Shown here one piece after another: positions 1 to 9,813 of a stretch of 64,000 bases of DNA. Position 1 is the first letter of the stretch, and each line of letters starts with the position of its first letter. The notes below the pieces were generated by a model. That model did not search any database. It was not told the origin of the DNA and was given only the letters and a program-made list of their open reading frames with translations. This stretch comes from a virus. The stretch lies in IMG/VR virus record IMGVR_UViG_3300005731_000013, positions 1 through 64,000 of that record; one strand, written 5' to 3'. The translations under genes and the position numbers were made by a program.

Positions 1-50
1 GGTTCTACAATATCATCTGGTTCTACAATATCATCTGGTTCTACAATATC
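1..50. repeat. 18-bp tandem repeat, at least 2.8 copies, encoding (DDIVEP)n on the minus strand
   Basis: ggttctacaatatcatct twice plus ggttctacaatatc, cut by the window edge. Confidence 0.9.
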
Positions 51-1286
51 TTGGATATTGCCTACATCATCTATATTTACATTATGCATGATTTCGGGTG
101 AGTTGTCAATGTGATCATTACGATTATGTAATAGACTTATTCCTGCCAATACTAACACCACTGCAAGTGGATCAAATACCAACACAATCAAAATAATAAC
201 AAACCGAACTGATTTTTCTAAAACATCATTGTCAGTGTTTCCATATACTAATTCAGCAATATATTTGACAGGACCTACTTCAACTTCAACTTTACGTAAT
301 TTGGTTTCAAATATATATTGTTCTTCATATAATTTGTCAATAGCAATATTTGCATTAGAAATGATTTCTTCTTGCTTTTCAATTTCATTTGAATTATCTT
401 TTGTTGTGATTGTGATCAATTGAGTTCTAAAAGCATCAATTGCCGTTTGTGCTTTTGCTATTTCTTCATTAGCCATAGTTTGCAACTCTTGAATTTTATC
501 ACGGGCAGCATCGACAGTTATATTGTCAGTTGCTTGTAATTGTGAAAGTTTAGCAGTAATATCTGCTTGTCTTGTTTCCAAATTAGTTTTATATAGTTCA
601 ATAGATCTACGAGTCTGTGGACCTAATACCCCATCAACAGTGACTCCTATTAGTGTCTGTAAGCCTCGTATATCATTTGCTCTTGACATTTGTTCAAACT
701 GCTCAGTTCGTTCTCTAATCAATGTCAGCTCGTCATCTAACGGTTGCAATAATTTTAATTCTTGATTAATAATATTATTTTGTGTTTGGATATCAGTTGC
801 CAATCGTTCTTCAATTGATGATATAATACGTTCTTGTGAATCAATCCTAGATTGAATATTTTCGTCTGTTTTTGAAACCGTTGTTTCAAAACCATCGATT
901 ATTGCTGTGGCACGGGTAATGATTTGTTTTTGTCGTATAATATTATCTTCAACTCGTTCAATTTTTGCTATCAAATCGCTGCCACCTGCACTTTGCTCAA
1001 TATATGCACGAGATAAAAATCCAAAAATGCCCATACTAGTGATAAACATCAAAATAATAGTGGCGATAGTCAAATATGACTTCATCAAAATCGATGCAGT
1101 ATCCCAATAACTATGCAACCAAATAGCAGTTGTTACTTTGGCGATCTCTAATGAAGAACCCATAATAATAACTGGAACCACCGCGGCTGCAAACAATGCT
1201 GTCAAACCGATAATACTATAATATGCTGCTACTACGCTTACCGTCAACGCAACAATTATTGTCCATATACCAAAAATAAATTTCAT
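1..1286 (-). CDS. Membrane protein with long coiled coil and an embedded peptidoglycan-binding-like motif (3' end outside window)
   Basis: Not in ORF track. Manual translation from ATG 1286 (ATGA overlap with upstream stop): MKFIFGIWTIIVALTVSVVAAYYSIIGLTALF..., several TM segments, coiled coil, GLQTLIGVTVDGVLGPQT, then EVGPVKYIAELVYG...VIILIVLVFDPLAVVLVLAG. Confidence 0.75.
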   Translation of the reverse strand, partial: MKFIFGIWTIIVALTVSVVAAYYSIIGLTALFAAAVVPVIIMGSSLEIAKVTTAIWLHSYWDTASILMKSYLTIATIILMFITSMGIFGFLSRAYIEQSAGGSDLIAKIERVEDNIIRQKQIITRATAIIDGFETTVSKTDENIQSRIDSQERIISSIEERLATDIQTQNNIINQELKLLQPLDDELTLIRERTEQFEQMSRANDIRGLQTLIGVTVDGVLGPQTRRSIELYKTNLETRQADITAKLSQLQATDNITVDAARDKIQELQTMANEEIAKAQTAIDAFRTQLITITTKDNSNEIEKQEEIISNANIAIDKLYEEQYIFETKLRKVEVEVGPVKYIAELVYGNTDNDVLEKSVRFVIILIVLVFDPLAVVLVLAGISLLHNRNDHIDNSPEIMHNVNIDDVGNIQDIVEPDDIVEPDDIVE

Positions 1287-1591
1287 GAGTTAAATTTTTT
1301 AGCAATACCTAGACCAACTAATTGATCGCATATATCAATCAAATTTCCGTCATCATCAATTTTGAAAACATGCCCTAGGACTCGCCCGACCTTTCCTCTT
1401 TTATTATAAACAGTCCGACAAACAAATTCCTTAGGAATATTTTTGACCAAAGCTGCCTTTGTTTCTTCTGTATCATTAATGCCAAATAGCCTGATTTTTT
1501 GTTTGATAACAATATTGAAGCCTAAATCAATATCAGCCTCAATAGTATTGCCATTGATAACTCGTATCAATTGACATGAATATTCATACAT
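1283..1591 (-). CDS. Thermonuclease (SNase)-like protein, probably catalytically degenerate
   Basis: RVINGNTIEADIDLGF...KIRLFGIND...GKVGRVLG follows the phage SNase pattern VxDGDT..DLGF..RL.GIDTPE..KYGR. Confidence 0.7.
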   Translation of the reverse strand: MYEYSCQLIRVINGNTIEADIDLGFNIVIKQKIRLFGINDTEETKAALVKNIPKEFVCRTVYNKRGKVGRVLGHVFKIDDDGNLIDICDQLVGLGIAKKFNS

Positions 1592-1687
1592 TTATGTAAA
1601 CCTTTTAATTATGTGTTATGTTAAATATTTATCCCGCCTACAAAGAATGCAGACGGGATCACAAGTTTACTTATTGTATTGAAATAT

Positions 1688-2254
1688 TTAGGGTTTATAG
1701 AACAAATGGGCACCTACCTTTGCACGTTTCACAAATTGTGCCGCCCAATTTGGTGTTACATATGCTGCATGATAATATGTGCTGCCATACGTGTTATCAT
1801 GATGATCAGTATACACGATTTTATGAGCGATTTGCATCGCATTTTCCCAGGACCGCTGTTCAGTAATATTTCCATTTTGTGCTGGAATATCACTTTTCCC
1901 ATCACAATAATAGCTAAATTGACATTTGTTGCGACGAATTGGCGAGCCATCCATCGGGCCTTGATGCACTACTCCACACAGAGTATTTGGAAATTTGGGC
2001 GAAATCTTGCGATTATATATCACATTGCCGACAGCTTGCATCCCAGCAATTGGTTGGTTCCGGCTTTCCCAATAAACGGCTTCAGCCAAACAATAAACAT
2101 CTTCAACAGTTTTTGGTCTAATGACAGGACGAATAATATTCGGTTCTTCATTGATTTCAGTAATTTCAATTGGAGATTCGTGTGGGGCATTAGGATATAT
2201 CACACCAATTGTTATAATAAACATAATTTGCAAAATAAAAAATGTTGTTCGCAT
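1688..2254 (-). CDS. Cell wall hydrolase, SleB/Hydrolase_2 family
   Basis: CLAEAVYWESRNQ..G..AVGNVIYNR...FPNTLCGVVHQ...CQFSYYCDGKSD...GSTYYHA.YV.PNWA...VGAHLFY; N-terminal hydrophobic anchor. Confidence 0.92.
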   Translation of the reverse strand: MRTTFFILQIMFIITIGVIYPNAPHESPIEITEINEEPNIIRPVIRPKTVEDVYCLAEAVYWESRNQPIAGMQAVGNVIYNRKISPKFPNTLCGVVHQGPMDGSPIRRNKCQFSYYCDGKSDIPAQNGNITEQRSWENAMQIAHKIVYTDHHDNTYGSTYYHAAYVTPNWAAQFVKRAKVGAHLFYKP

Positions 2255-2363
2255 AATTGTATCCTTGTTTGATTATTAGCTATTAAATGTATATTACAAA
2301 TAAAATGTATAATCAATCAATATGTATTGCTTTTATACTATGTGGCATATTTACAATACTATT

Positions 2364-2699
2364 TCAAATGTCATTCTTTCTAAAATTCAAATAATTGTTC
2401 AAGTAAGATTCAATATTATGTTTGCCAATTGGATTTTGTGAATGAACATAAAAGGTAAAATCATATGGAATTTGAAAATCAGTATCACCTCCCATATCCA
2501 AATCTACAATAAATTTTGCAATGTCATATCCTGTTATCTTTTCACAAGCCAAATCATGATCAAAACTAATATGCCCAGGCATGCCATGCAGCCTAATCAA
2601 CATCAATACATCTTCCCAATCACGAGCAATGACCCAATTTCGTCCATCATTCCTAGGTGGAGCTCGCTCGTCATCAATGAATAAACTATAACGTGTCAT
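2364..2699 (-). CDS. Cyclic-phosphate-processing receiver-like domain protein
   Basis: LFIDDERAP...ISFDHDL...TGYDIAK...VHSQNPIG motif set. Confidence 0.75.
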   Translation of the reverse strand: MTRYSLFIDDERAPPRNDGRNWVIARDWEDVLMLIRLHGMPGHISFDHDLACEKITGYDIAKFIVDLDMGGDTDFQIPYDFTFYVHSQNPIGKHNIESYLNNYLNFRKNDI

Positions 2700-2711
2700 G
2701 ATGATTCCTAA

Positions 2712-2912
2712 CTAATTATTCAAAACAACATCTTTCAATTTCTGAAATGTTTCGACATCATACCCTAACATTAATCGAAACATTTCCAATGCTTCTGTTG
2801 CAGTATTCCCACCATACACCGCGTCATCTGATTCAGCCCAGACAAGAAATGACATTATTGTAATTAACATATCAGACATTGCTGGCATTTGCTTAGCTTC
2901 AGAAGTATCCAT
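2712..2912 (-). CDS. Hypothetical protein
   Basis: 66-aa ORF coupled to the upstream ORF. Confidence 0.6.
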   Translation of the reverse strand: MDTSEAKQMPAMSDMLITIMSFLVWAESDDAVYGGNTATEALEMFRLMLGYDVETFQKLKDVVLNN

Positions 2913-3214
2913 CAGCTGTCTACTTCAGGGAACAACATTGTGACATGTTCAAATGCATTAGCAATTTGTTTTGGAGTCCAATATTCATTGACAATGTTTT
3001 CCGGCAACATATTGCCTTGCATAGCAACTGTATCCTTTGCTACATTGAATAGTTGGCGTTTATTAAGATTTTTGAAATCGGCCAATGAACGAGGAGCGGG
3101 TTTATGAAATTGTGGGTTTGCAAGAGCAAACATTGCAATTTCACGGACTCCCATTGGGACTACTACTTTGGCTAGAAGACGGCGATTACCGTCTTCACAT
3201 ACTGTTGAACGCAT
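2912..3214 (-). CDS. Hypothetical early protein
   Basis: Start moved to ATG 3214 (MRSTVC) after AAGGA; sigma70-like promoter upstream. Confidence 0.6.
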   Translation of the reverse strand: MRSTVCEDGNRRLLAKVVVPMGVREIAMFALANPQFHKPAPRSLADFKNLNKRQLFNVAKDTVAMQGNMLPENIVNEYWTPKQIANAFEHVTMLFPEVDS

Positions 3215-3258
3215 GGTCCATTCCTTATATAACTCATATTTACATTGTGTATAAGTTA

Positions 3259-3287
3259 TATATAAAGTAAAAACTACCACTTGTCAA
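3259..3287 (-). promoter_or_regulatory. Sigma70-like early promoter
   Basis: TTGACA-17 nt-TATATA on the minus strand. Confidence 0.55.
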
Positions 3288-3300
3288 CCATAAAATGTTA

Positions 3301-5007
3301 CTAGGCTTCAACAATATCCATAGATATATTCCAATTAACATCATGCCCATCATCGCCTTGTATTTGAATTCGAAATTCAGTATCGGCAACAACATCTAAT
3401 AAAATATCATAGTTTTCTGTTGCAACTGTATCATTAAATATAACCTTATTGTCGTCAGTTCCTAGAATAGATACTGTCCCATTATTATTACTAATTAATC
3501 CAGATACTGTTATAGCCGTAACATTATTTGAAACTACATTATTTGCAATACCTTTTATTGTAAAAAACCACGATTTGTTATTATCTGGTGTTTGGCGGGA
3601 ATCATTGAACATCACTTCGACTAAGGATGATGACGCCGTTTGAACGCTTTTTGTAAATTCAGTTGGCGCATTATTAATCGCATCATAATCAGAAAGTGTG
3701 CTTGTATCATTTCCATTATTAATATACATTATCTGTTGATCTGATCGCCAAACCATTTGTCCTTCTGTCGTATTCAACAATAATTGAGCGGCATCAGAAT
3801 CAACAATAATAGCAACTGCACCATCAACATTTGTAATATTAGTAACATCGTTAACAACTGTATTACTTGTGGCATTTTGTGCTTGGGTGACTGGATTCGT
3901 TGAAATACCTCCAGCATTATATCCTGGTTGATCAATTTCACCAGGAGTCGTTCCATTACTTGTTGTCTGTGCTTCTTGTGACACAACAGTTTGATATCCA
4001 ATTATTTCATTACAATAATTGTAAATAGGGACTTGTTCTGAAATTTCAGGTGTCGGGTCTGGTGTTCGACGTAGAATGCGAAGCAAATCTTCATCTACAA
4101 ATAATTCAAAAATATTATTATAAACTACACCATTGTTATCAACAACTTGATAACTACCTAATTGTTGGTAAGCAGACCATAATGCGCTACCATTTCTAGA
4201 AGCACCTTGAATTCCTTCATCATTTGAATTATATAACGTTCCAAGACCTGTATATGTGGTTCTTGGGGTTTCGGCCAATTCTGAGCCACCAGTATCATAT
4301 ACACTGACCACATTTGTTTCTCGGTCAATCAATGATTCAATATCTGTTACAATTTCATCAATTTGAATGGTAATTGATTCAATTACAATACTATTAAGTT
4401 GGCCTGCAACAATATCGTCATAATTTTCACAAATGGTTTTAAATAACCCTTCACTATATATCCCGCAGTTGAATTCGCCATCAATCAAGCAGCCACTTAT
4501 TTGATCAGGGATTATTGTGCCAATTTTATTAATAATGTCCATTCCAGCGCCTAGAAAACTCTCCATGGCACTTTCTAATACATTTGGAATTTGTACTGGA
4601 TCTATTGGGGCGGAACAAAAATTAATCATATTAGCTATATTCGTGATTTCACCTAGAATATTATTGATTCGCCCTAACACTTGATCCAATTTTAGATGAT
4701 CTAGAAATTGGTCAAAAGCATCATCAAGTTCTTGTAATTTATCATAAAGTGCATCTTGAAGCGTATTAATTTTTAATAATTCTTTGAGATTTAATGATAA
4801 ACAAATTTGTGTGTTTGGCAACATTAAACCGCGGCCTGCCATTAGACTACAAATAATTTCTTTTAAATTAAAATCAAGTTCAGCACTTACTACTAATCTA
4901 CTTATATCAGCAACAGATCCTGTCAATTGTGCATTGACTGAATTTTGTGATTGTAAATATTCGCTTGCATCTGACAAGCCGTTTGGAAAATCTGTAAAAT
5001 CTGTCAT
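3301..5007 (-). CDS. Probable virion (baseplate/tail-associated) protein
   Basis: 568-aa acidic ORF directly after the PAAR gene; beta-rich C-terminus. Confidence 0.5.
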   Translation of the reverse strand: MTDFTDFPNGLSDASEYLQSQNSVNAQLTGSVADISRLVVSAELDFNLKEIICSLMAGRGLMLPNTQICLSLNLKELLKINTLQDALYDKLQELDDAFDQFLDHLKLDQVLGRINNILGEITNIANMINFCSAPIDPVQIPNVLESAMESFLGAGMDIINKIGTIIPDQISGCLIDGEFNCGIYSEGLFKTICENYDDIVAGQLNSIVIESITIQIDEIVTDIESLIDRETNVVSVYDTGGSELAETPRTTYTGLGTLYNSNDEGIQGASRNGSALWSAYQQLGSYQVVDNNGVVYNNIFELFVDEDLLRILRRTPDPTPEISEQVPIYNYCNEIIGYQTVVSQEAQTTSNGTTPGEIDQPGYNAGGISTNPVTQAQNATSNTVVNDVTNITNVDGAVAIIVDSDAAQLLLNTTEGQMVWRSDQQIMYINNGNDTSTLSDYDAINNAPTEFTKSVQTASSSLVEVMFNDSRQTPDNNKSWFFTIKGIANNVVSNNVTAITVSGLISNNNGTVSILGTDDNKVIFNDTVATENYDILLDVVADTEFRIQIQGDDGHDVNWNISMDIVEA

Positions 5008-5008
5008 A

Positions 5009-5962
5009 TTATGAATTATTCGTTAAAATTCGACCAGCGTCGGCTGCTCGTTGTTGTGTCTCGCCACCTTGTATTCCAAGTTCATATCCTCTATAACGTT
5101 CATATGTACTAAATGCAACCGCAGCATCTGACGCAGTAGATGCATTTTGGAGATTATTATAGGCAGTGCTTTCACTGCCGCCGCCATAATCACCTGTCCC
5201 TCGCAATTCATGATCAACAAATGAAAGTTGGGTGTTAAAATCGCGATAATCAGTTCCTTGAGCGGCAGCATATCCTTGGAGATTCGTCAACCTATCCCTA
5301 TTCCATTGTGCTATACCTTCACTATCTCTGCCTAAACCAGCATCATTTGGATTTACGGCGGTCGGATCTAATGCACTTTCATTCACCAAATTACCAACAA
5401 TACCCGCAGCTTGCTCTGGAGTATAACCTTGTGAGATAAAATAATTATAAGCTTGCTGTTCACGATCTGTTACATCACCAGGGGCAGGGGTGATTTCACC
5501 CCCAGCGCTTGGATCAGCTGCTGCATTGGCTGCACGAACTGCGGCTTCTTCTTCTGACGCTGATGCAGATGATTGTGAATTTGGATCAGGATACAAATCA
5601 TCACCTGATGGATCTGATATCGTTTCGTCTGAACTCCCTGTCAGGCCGCCGCCGCCATTTCCCGCACCTCCTGCAAACACATTGCCTGACGCGCCAGATG
5701 CTACAGGGTTGCAATGCGGAGGGCCAATAACAGGACAAAGGAGATCTGGATCAGCAGAACTCCCTTTTAATACTACTTTCTTGCCATTAACATATATTGT
5801 TCCTGGATTGAGTGATGCATGTAATTTACCTTCACCATGCGTATTAGTATCACCTTCAACACTTATTAAAAGTCCATTTACATATACTGTGCCCTGCCCG
5901 ATGACAGTAGTTTGGGCACCACATGTTCTTAAATCTGTATTACGGTGGATTGGTAAATTCAT
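5009..5962 (-). CDS. PAAR-like spike-tip protein (gp5.4-like) fused to a phage tail lysozyme domain
   Basis: N-terminal HRNTDLRTCG..TVYVNG...THG...IYVNG...PPHCNP...SGNVFAG; G/S/D-rich linker; C-terminal AYNYF..GYTPEQAAGIVGNLVNES.LDP...GIAQW...R. Confidence 0.8.
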   Translation of the reverse strand: MNLPIHRNTDLRTCGAQTTVIGQGTVYVNGLLISVEGDTNTHGEGKLHASLNPGTIYVNGKKVVLKGSSADPDLLCPVIGPPHCNPVASGASGNVFAGGAGNGGGGLTGSSDETISDPSGDDLYPDPNSQSSASASEEEAAVRAANAAADPSAGGEITPAPGDVTDREQQAYNYFISQGYTPEQAAGIVGNLVNESALDPTAVNPNDAGLGRDSEGIAQWNRDRLTNLQGYAAAQGTDYRDFNTQLSFVDHELRGTGDYGGGSESTAYNNLQNASTASDAAVAFSTYERYRGYELGIQGGETQQRAADAGRILTNNS

Positions 5963-5986
5963 AACTACTCCTATACAAAGTATTTA

Positions 5987-6316
5987 TTAAGTAATCAATT
6001 TAGATGTCGATTGTTGAGATAGATCAACACCACTTATTTGTTTGACATAATAATCTGCAAATTTCTTACCTGTTTTGATTACAGTAACAACCGAGTGCAT
6101 TGCAAAAGAAATGTTGCCATCACCTTCATTAAGATATTCAACCGACATAATATAAGGTGCCAGGCCAATTGACCCTTCTCTGGTCGGCACAGGTACAAGT
6201 GGTTTTCGCAACACAATTGATGTCAAACTACTTTCTTTATAATATCCCATGATTTCTTCGCCAGTTGATAATTTTACCGTCACTACGTCATTTTCTTTAA
6301 ATTTTGATTCTAGCAT
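5987..6316 (-). CDS. Conserved phage protein, Sm-like beta-barrel
   Basis: VVTVKLSTGEEIMG...LRKP...GLAPY pattern common in T4-like phages. Confidence 0.55.
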   Translation of the reverse strand: MLESKFKENDVVTVKLSTGEEIMGYYKESSLTSIVLRKPLVPVPTREGSIGLAPYIMSVEYLNEGDGNISFAMHSVVTVIKTGKKFADYYVKQISGVDLSQQSTSKLIT

Positions 6317-6564
6317 TAATTTTTCCTTGATCCATTATATTGTTCACAAAATATTTCTAATTCATTATATCCACCAACATATTCACCGCGGACTAAAATC
6401 TGTGGTACTGTTTTGGCATCTGGGACAACTTCCAATAACTGTTCCTTTGACCATTCATCTGATGATAGATTTCGTTCCTCGAAAGCAATATCATTTTGTT
6501 TCAATAATTGTTTTGCCATATCACAATATGGACACCCGTTTTTACTCCAAACAACTGTATTCAT
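6316..6564 (-). CDS. Glutaredoxin
   Basis: CPYC active site, TVPQI, YVGGY; follows RNR. Confidence 0.95.
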   Translation of the reverse strand: MNTVVWSKNGCPYCDMAKQLLKQNDIAFEERNLSSDEWSKEQLLEVVPDAKTVPQILVRGEYVGGYNELEIFCEQYNGSRKN

Positions 6565-6650
6565 TATTTTCCTTAAATTTTATAAACAAAGATCTCGTAA
6601 TCTTTTGATATTTTTAATATAAGCAATAAGTCTGCTTATATTAAGTATAG

Positions 6651-6678
6651 GTATAGAGGAGGTAGACCTCCTCTATAC
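6651..6678. terminator. Hairpin after nrdJ
   Basis: gtatagaggagg-taga-cctcctctatac, 12-bp perfect stem. Confidence 0.7.
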
Positions 6679-6688
6679 TTGATTTAGA

Positions 6689-9600
6689 TTAAATTTCGCA
6701 TCCGCCGCCGGCACACGCAATTGCACCCATCGTATCAATATCAGTATATGATTTTTCTGCCAATCCTGAATTAAAATCTACTGGTTGCATATTCTGTTGA
6801 ATTTTTGACCACTTATGTAACAAATATACATCTTTTAAGCAATATTCTGCCATTTTCATATCACCATCAAAATAATTAGTAGCAAAATTCTTAAATCTAC
6901 GAATCCAATCTGCGCCCAGATCAGCCTGTTCGCCGCTTTGTGCTTCTTCGTGTTGTGATGTAAATGTTGCTGACCATAAGTCACTAAATCCTTTAGAACT
7001 TTCAACAATCAATCCACTTGCAAATAAGGCTGCGCGACCATATTTCTGAATCAATTCTTCTTCAGTCAATACTTCTATAAATGGTGCTTGATTAAAATCC
7101 TTATCTCCACTAGCAGAAATAAAGCTAATGCCTGCAAAATAAGATCGATTATCAAACAAATATTGTTCTACCTCATCCCAATTATCATCAGCAACTTGAA
7201 CAGTATTCGATACATTATGTCTTACTGTAGGGTCGACACATAACTCTTCATCAGTTCCAAATTCAATCCAAGAATTTTGAACCAATTTTACTTTTTCAAG
7301 CAATTTAACACCATACAATTCTGTTTTAAATAATGACCCTTTTGGTGCAATAACAGGGAAAGATACAACATAATCAGTCCCGTTTGTGCTCCAAACACTA
7401 TCTTCAACCATATAAGGGTTTGTTTTAGCAATCAAATGTGCAACTTCTTGCTCTTTATTCATTTGCACATTTCGCAAGTAACGTGGCGAGTGATCGCCAT
7501 GAATGCCGCTCGATGTTCCTAGTAGTACAGATGCGTTACCACTTGGTTTAACACATGTTGTTCGTGCCGCTGCATTGATGCCTAATAGTGCTGCAACTTG
7601 CTTGTTAACTTTCTTGACAAGCTCTGCACCTTCTTTAAGAATTGCTTCGTCAAACAATACATCTGGGCTATTCATCCAACCAGTGATTGAAACACCAATA
7701 AGAGCTTCACGATCAAAAATCTTTTTGCTAATATCGTCAAGGAATTTAAAATCAGTATATCCAGCTTGTAAGGTTCCTAGGATAGCACCGACACGACATG
7801 CTTTTAGGAATTCTTCACGGGTTGTGCATTTTGCACCATTCAATTCACTAAGATTACAACCTTGCCAACCTGAATGTTTTTTACCTTTTTCATCAATATG
7901 AACAGGATACTTGCCAATCTCCACACAAGGGTTGTAAGTGTGTTCAGTTGATTCAGTAAACACAAACCCAGGTTCGCCGAACTCTTTAATTGACTTCATG
8001 ATTTCTGAAAACTGATCTCTGTCTGCTTCGCCACGAACAATGACTGCTGAATTGTTTGAACGACCGCGCTGAGGATTAGTGTTATACCAATCGCCTGTTT
8101 TCGCTTTAACCATTTCATCATCAGTTGGGCTGAATAGGCAAATAGTTGCTGAGCGGCGGACGCCTCCTGATAGAACTGCGTCTGCGGCATGCATACAAAT
8201 GTCATAAACTTCAATTGGTTTGAGTTTATCTCGACCAGCTAAGACTGCACCTTGGATAAGATGTTCAATTTTATCTAGTGCTTTACGTAGAGGCTCCGGA
8301 CCAGGTGCTTTGAACCCTCCGGAGATCATTGCTCCTTTAGGTCGAACTTTATTTAAATCAAAGTAGACGCGTCGGCCTTCGTATTCAGGGCGTTGGCCGC
8401 CACCAACAAAGAAACTTGCCATTAGAACGTCAAGTGCTGTTGCCCAACCTTCAATGCTGTCTTCAACTTCGTGAATCTTCGCTTGTCCTTTACGTTGAGT
8501 GACTTTTGGTAATTTTGCGACATGATGTGTTTGGACAGAAAAGCCAGCACCTGCGCCACATAGAAGAACGTAAAATAGTTCTCCAAAAAATGCTGCACGG
8601 TCTGCATATGAGCTGGTGCAATTACCTGTTGGAATACCTTTTTCCATAACAAAAGCATGGTCATCTTCAACTTCAAGGCACCAAACTGTTTCAATTTCGT
8701 CAGGAACGATAGATTCAACTTTCCATGATGCTGCAAATTTAGAATCTGTTATTGAAGAAAAACCAAATCTAATTGTATAACCACGCTCACCATAATTTGT
8801 TTTCGTTCCAGTTAAATCGACCTCACGATTTGGGTATATACCTGCGATTGGAAAGGCATTTCTTATAAATTCTGCTGCTTCTACATTTGAAGTTTGAATT
8901 CCTCTAAATTGTCCATGATCAAATTCAGAAACAGTTTTTTCACCATCTGCATCTAAATAACCTCTAACAAATGCACGAATCAAACGAGGGTCATCTTTTT
9001 TTGGATCTGGCAAAGTCTTTTTATATTTTCCAGTATATGCGATGACATCTCCTTCCAGGGATAAACTTGATGATGTTTTGAATCCTAGTTCTTTGAACCG
9101 ATATTCATACCCAACATCTTTATTACATAGTCTAACCATACTATGTGTTTTATTTACAGTGCCGTCACCATATACATATCCATATGCCCAATACAATTTT
9201 TCATCTGTCTCAGCGTCATCAAATTTAAAATCGTTAAATGTATTTTTAGTATGCATTAACGAGTCGCCAACCATCAAATTAGTTGTAATAGATCCATCCT
9301 TCAACAACCAACGGTGATCTTCAGTGAATCTGACAGTATGTGGAATGCCGCCATTTCGTCGAAATGTAATTTTATTGAGCTGTTGTTTGCCATAAGATTT
9401 AACTGTTGCTGATTTCCAATTTCCTTGTGGTGTTTTGACTTTAACAACATCGCCATCATTAAAATCATTGAATGATTGCATTCCATTTGTGGTCAAGAAT
9501 GTTGTTTCTCTCCCGCCACAGTTATACATTCGCATTTGGTGTTTAAGTATTTGTTCACCACCAAATTGCAATGCACGTTGCGCACCCAATACATATTTCA

Positions 9601-9802
9601 ATTTGTATAAGGCTTCAGCTTCGTCAATTAGTAACGACAATTCATCATTCATTTTGTCTTTATAGAACTCACGGTGCATACCCATAACACGGGTGACACT
9701 TTCTTCCCATGTTTCATATCTACCAACTTTGTCATTCCAACGGCTATAGCCTTCGTAAAATTTTGCTTCACCCATAAGGGCTCTTGTGTCGATATCTTTC
9801 AT
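6689..9802 (-). CDS. nrdJ: Class II (B12-dependent) ribonucleotide reductase with a cis intein
   Basis: MYN|C junction, GGVRRSA, YNPCVEI, GCNLSE, TTCVKPSGNAS, C-terminal CAGGGCEI; start at ATG 9802 after AGGAG. Confidence 0.93.
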   Translation of the reverse strand: MKDIDTRALMGEAKFYEGYSRWNDKVGRYETWEESVTRVMGMHREFYKDKMNDELSLLIDEAEALYKLKYVLGAQRALQFGGEQILKHQMRMYNCGGRETTFLTTNGMQSFNDFNDGDVVKVKTPQGNWKSATVKSYGKQQLNKITFRRNGGIPHTVRFTEDHRWLLKDGSITTNLMVGDSLMHTKNTFNDFKFDDAETDEKLYWAYGYVYGDGTVNKTHSMVRLCNKDVGYEYRFKELGFKTSSSLSLEGDVIAYTGKYKKTLPDPKKDDPRLIRAFVRGYLDADGEKTVSEFDHGQFRGIQTSNVEAAEFIRNAFPIAGIYPNREVDLTGTKTNYGERGYTIRFGFSSITDSKFAASWKVESIVPDEIETVWCLEVEDDHAFVMEKGIPTGNCTSSYADRAAFFGELFYVLLCGAGAGFSVQTHHVAKLPKVTQRKGQAKIHEVEDSIEGWATALDVLMASFFVGGGQRPEYEGRRVYFDLNKVRPKGAMISGGFKAPGPEPLRKALDKIEHLIQGAVLAGRDKLKPIEVYDICMHAADAVLSGGVRRSATICLFSPTDDEMVKAKTGDWYNTNPQRGRSNNSAVIVRGEADRDQFSEIMKSIKEFGEPGFVFTESTEHTYNPCVEIGKYPVHIDEKGKKHSGWQGCNLSELNGAKCTTREEFLKACRVGAILGTLQAGYTDFKFLDDISKKIFDREALIGVSITGWMNSPDVLFDEAILKEGAELVKKVNKQVAALLGINAAARTTCVKPSGNASVLLGTSSGIHGDHSPRYLRNVQMNKEQEVAHLIAKTNPYMVEDSVWSTNGTDYVVSFPVIAPKGSLFKTELYGVKLLEKVKLVQNSWIEFGTDEELCVDPTVRHNVSNTVQVADDNWDEVEQYLFDNRSYFAGISFISASGDKDFNQAPFIEVLTEEELIQKYGRAALFASGLIVESSKGFSDLWSATFTSQHEEAQSGEQADLGADWIRRFKNFATNYFDGDMKMAEYCLKDVYLLHKWSKIQQNMQPVDFNSGLAEKSYTDIDTMGAIACAGGGCEI
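8621..9520 (-). mobile_element. 300-aa cis intein with LAGLIDADG endonuclease in NrdJ
   Basis: Starts CGGRETTFLT; block B FTEDHRW; AYGYVYGDG and FVRGYLDADG; ends VWCLEVEDDHAFVMEKGIPTGN followed by Cys+1. Confidence 0.93.
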
Positions 9803-9813
9803 TACGTCTCCTA

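Noticed and set aside
1-50. Direct repeats as a CRISPR array
   Set aside because: Head-to-tail 18-mers with no spacers, in frame within a CDS.
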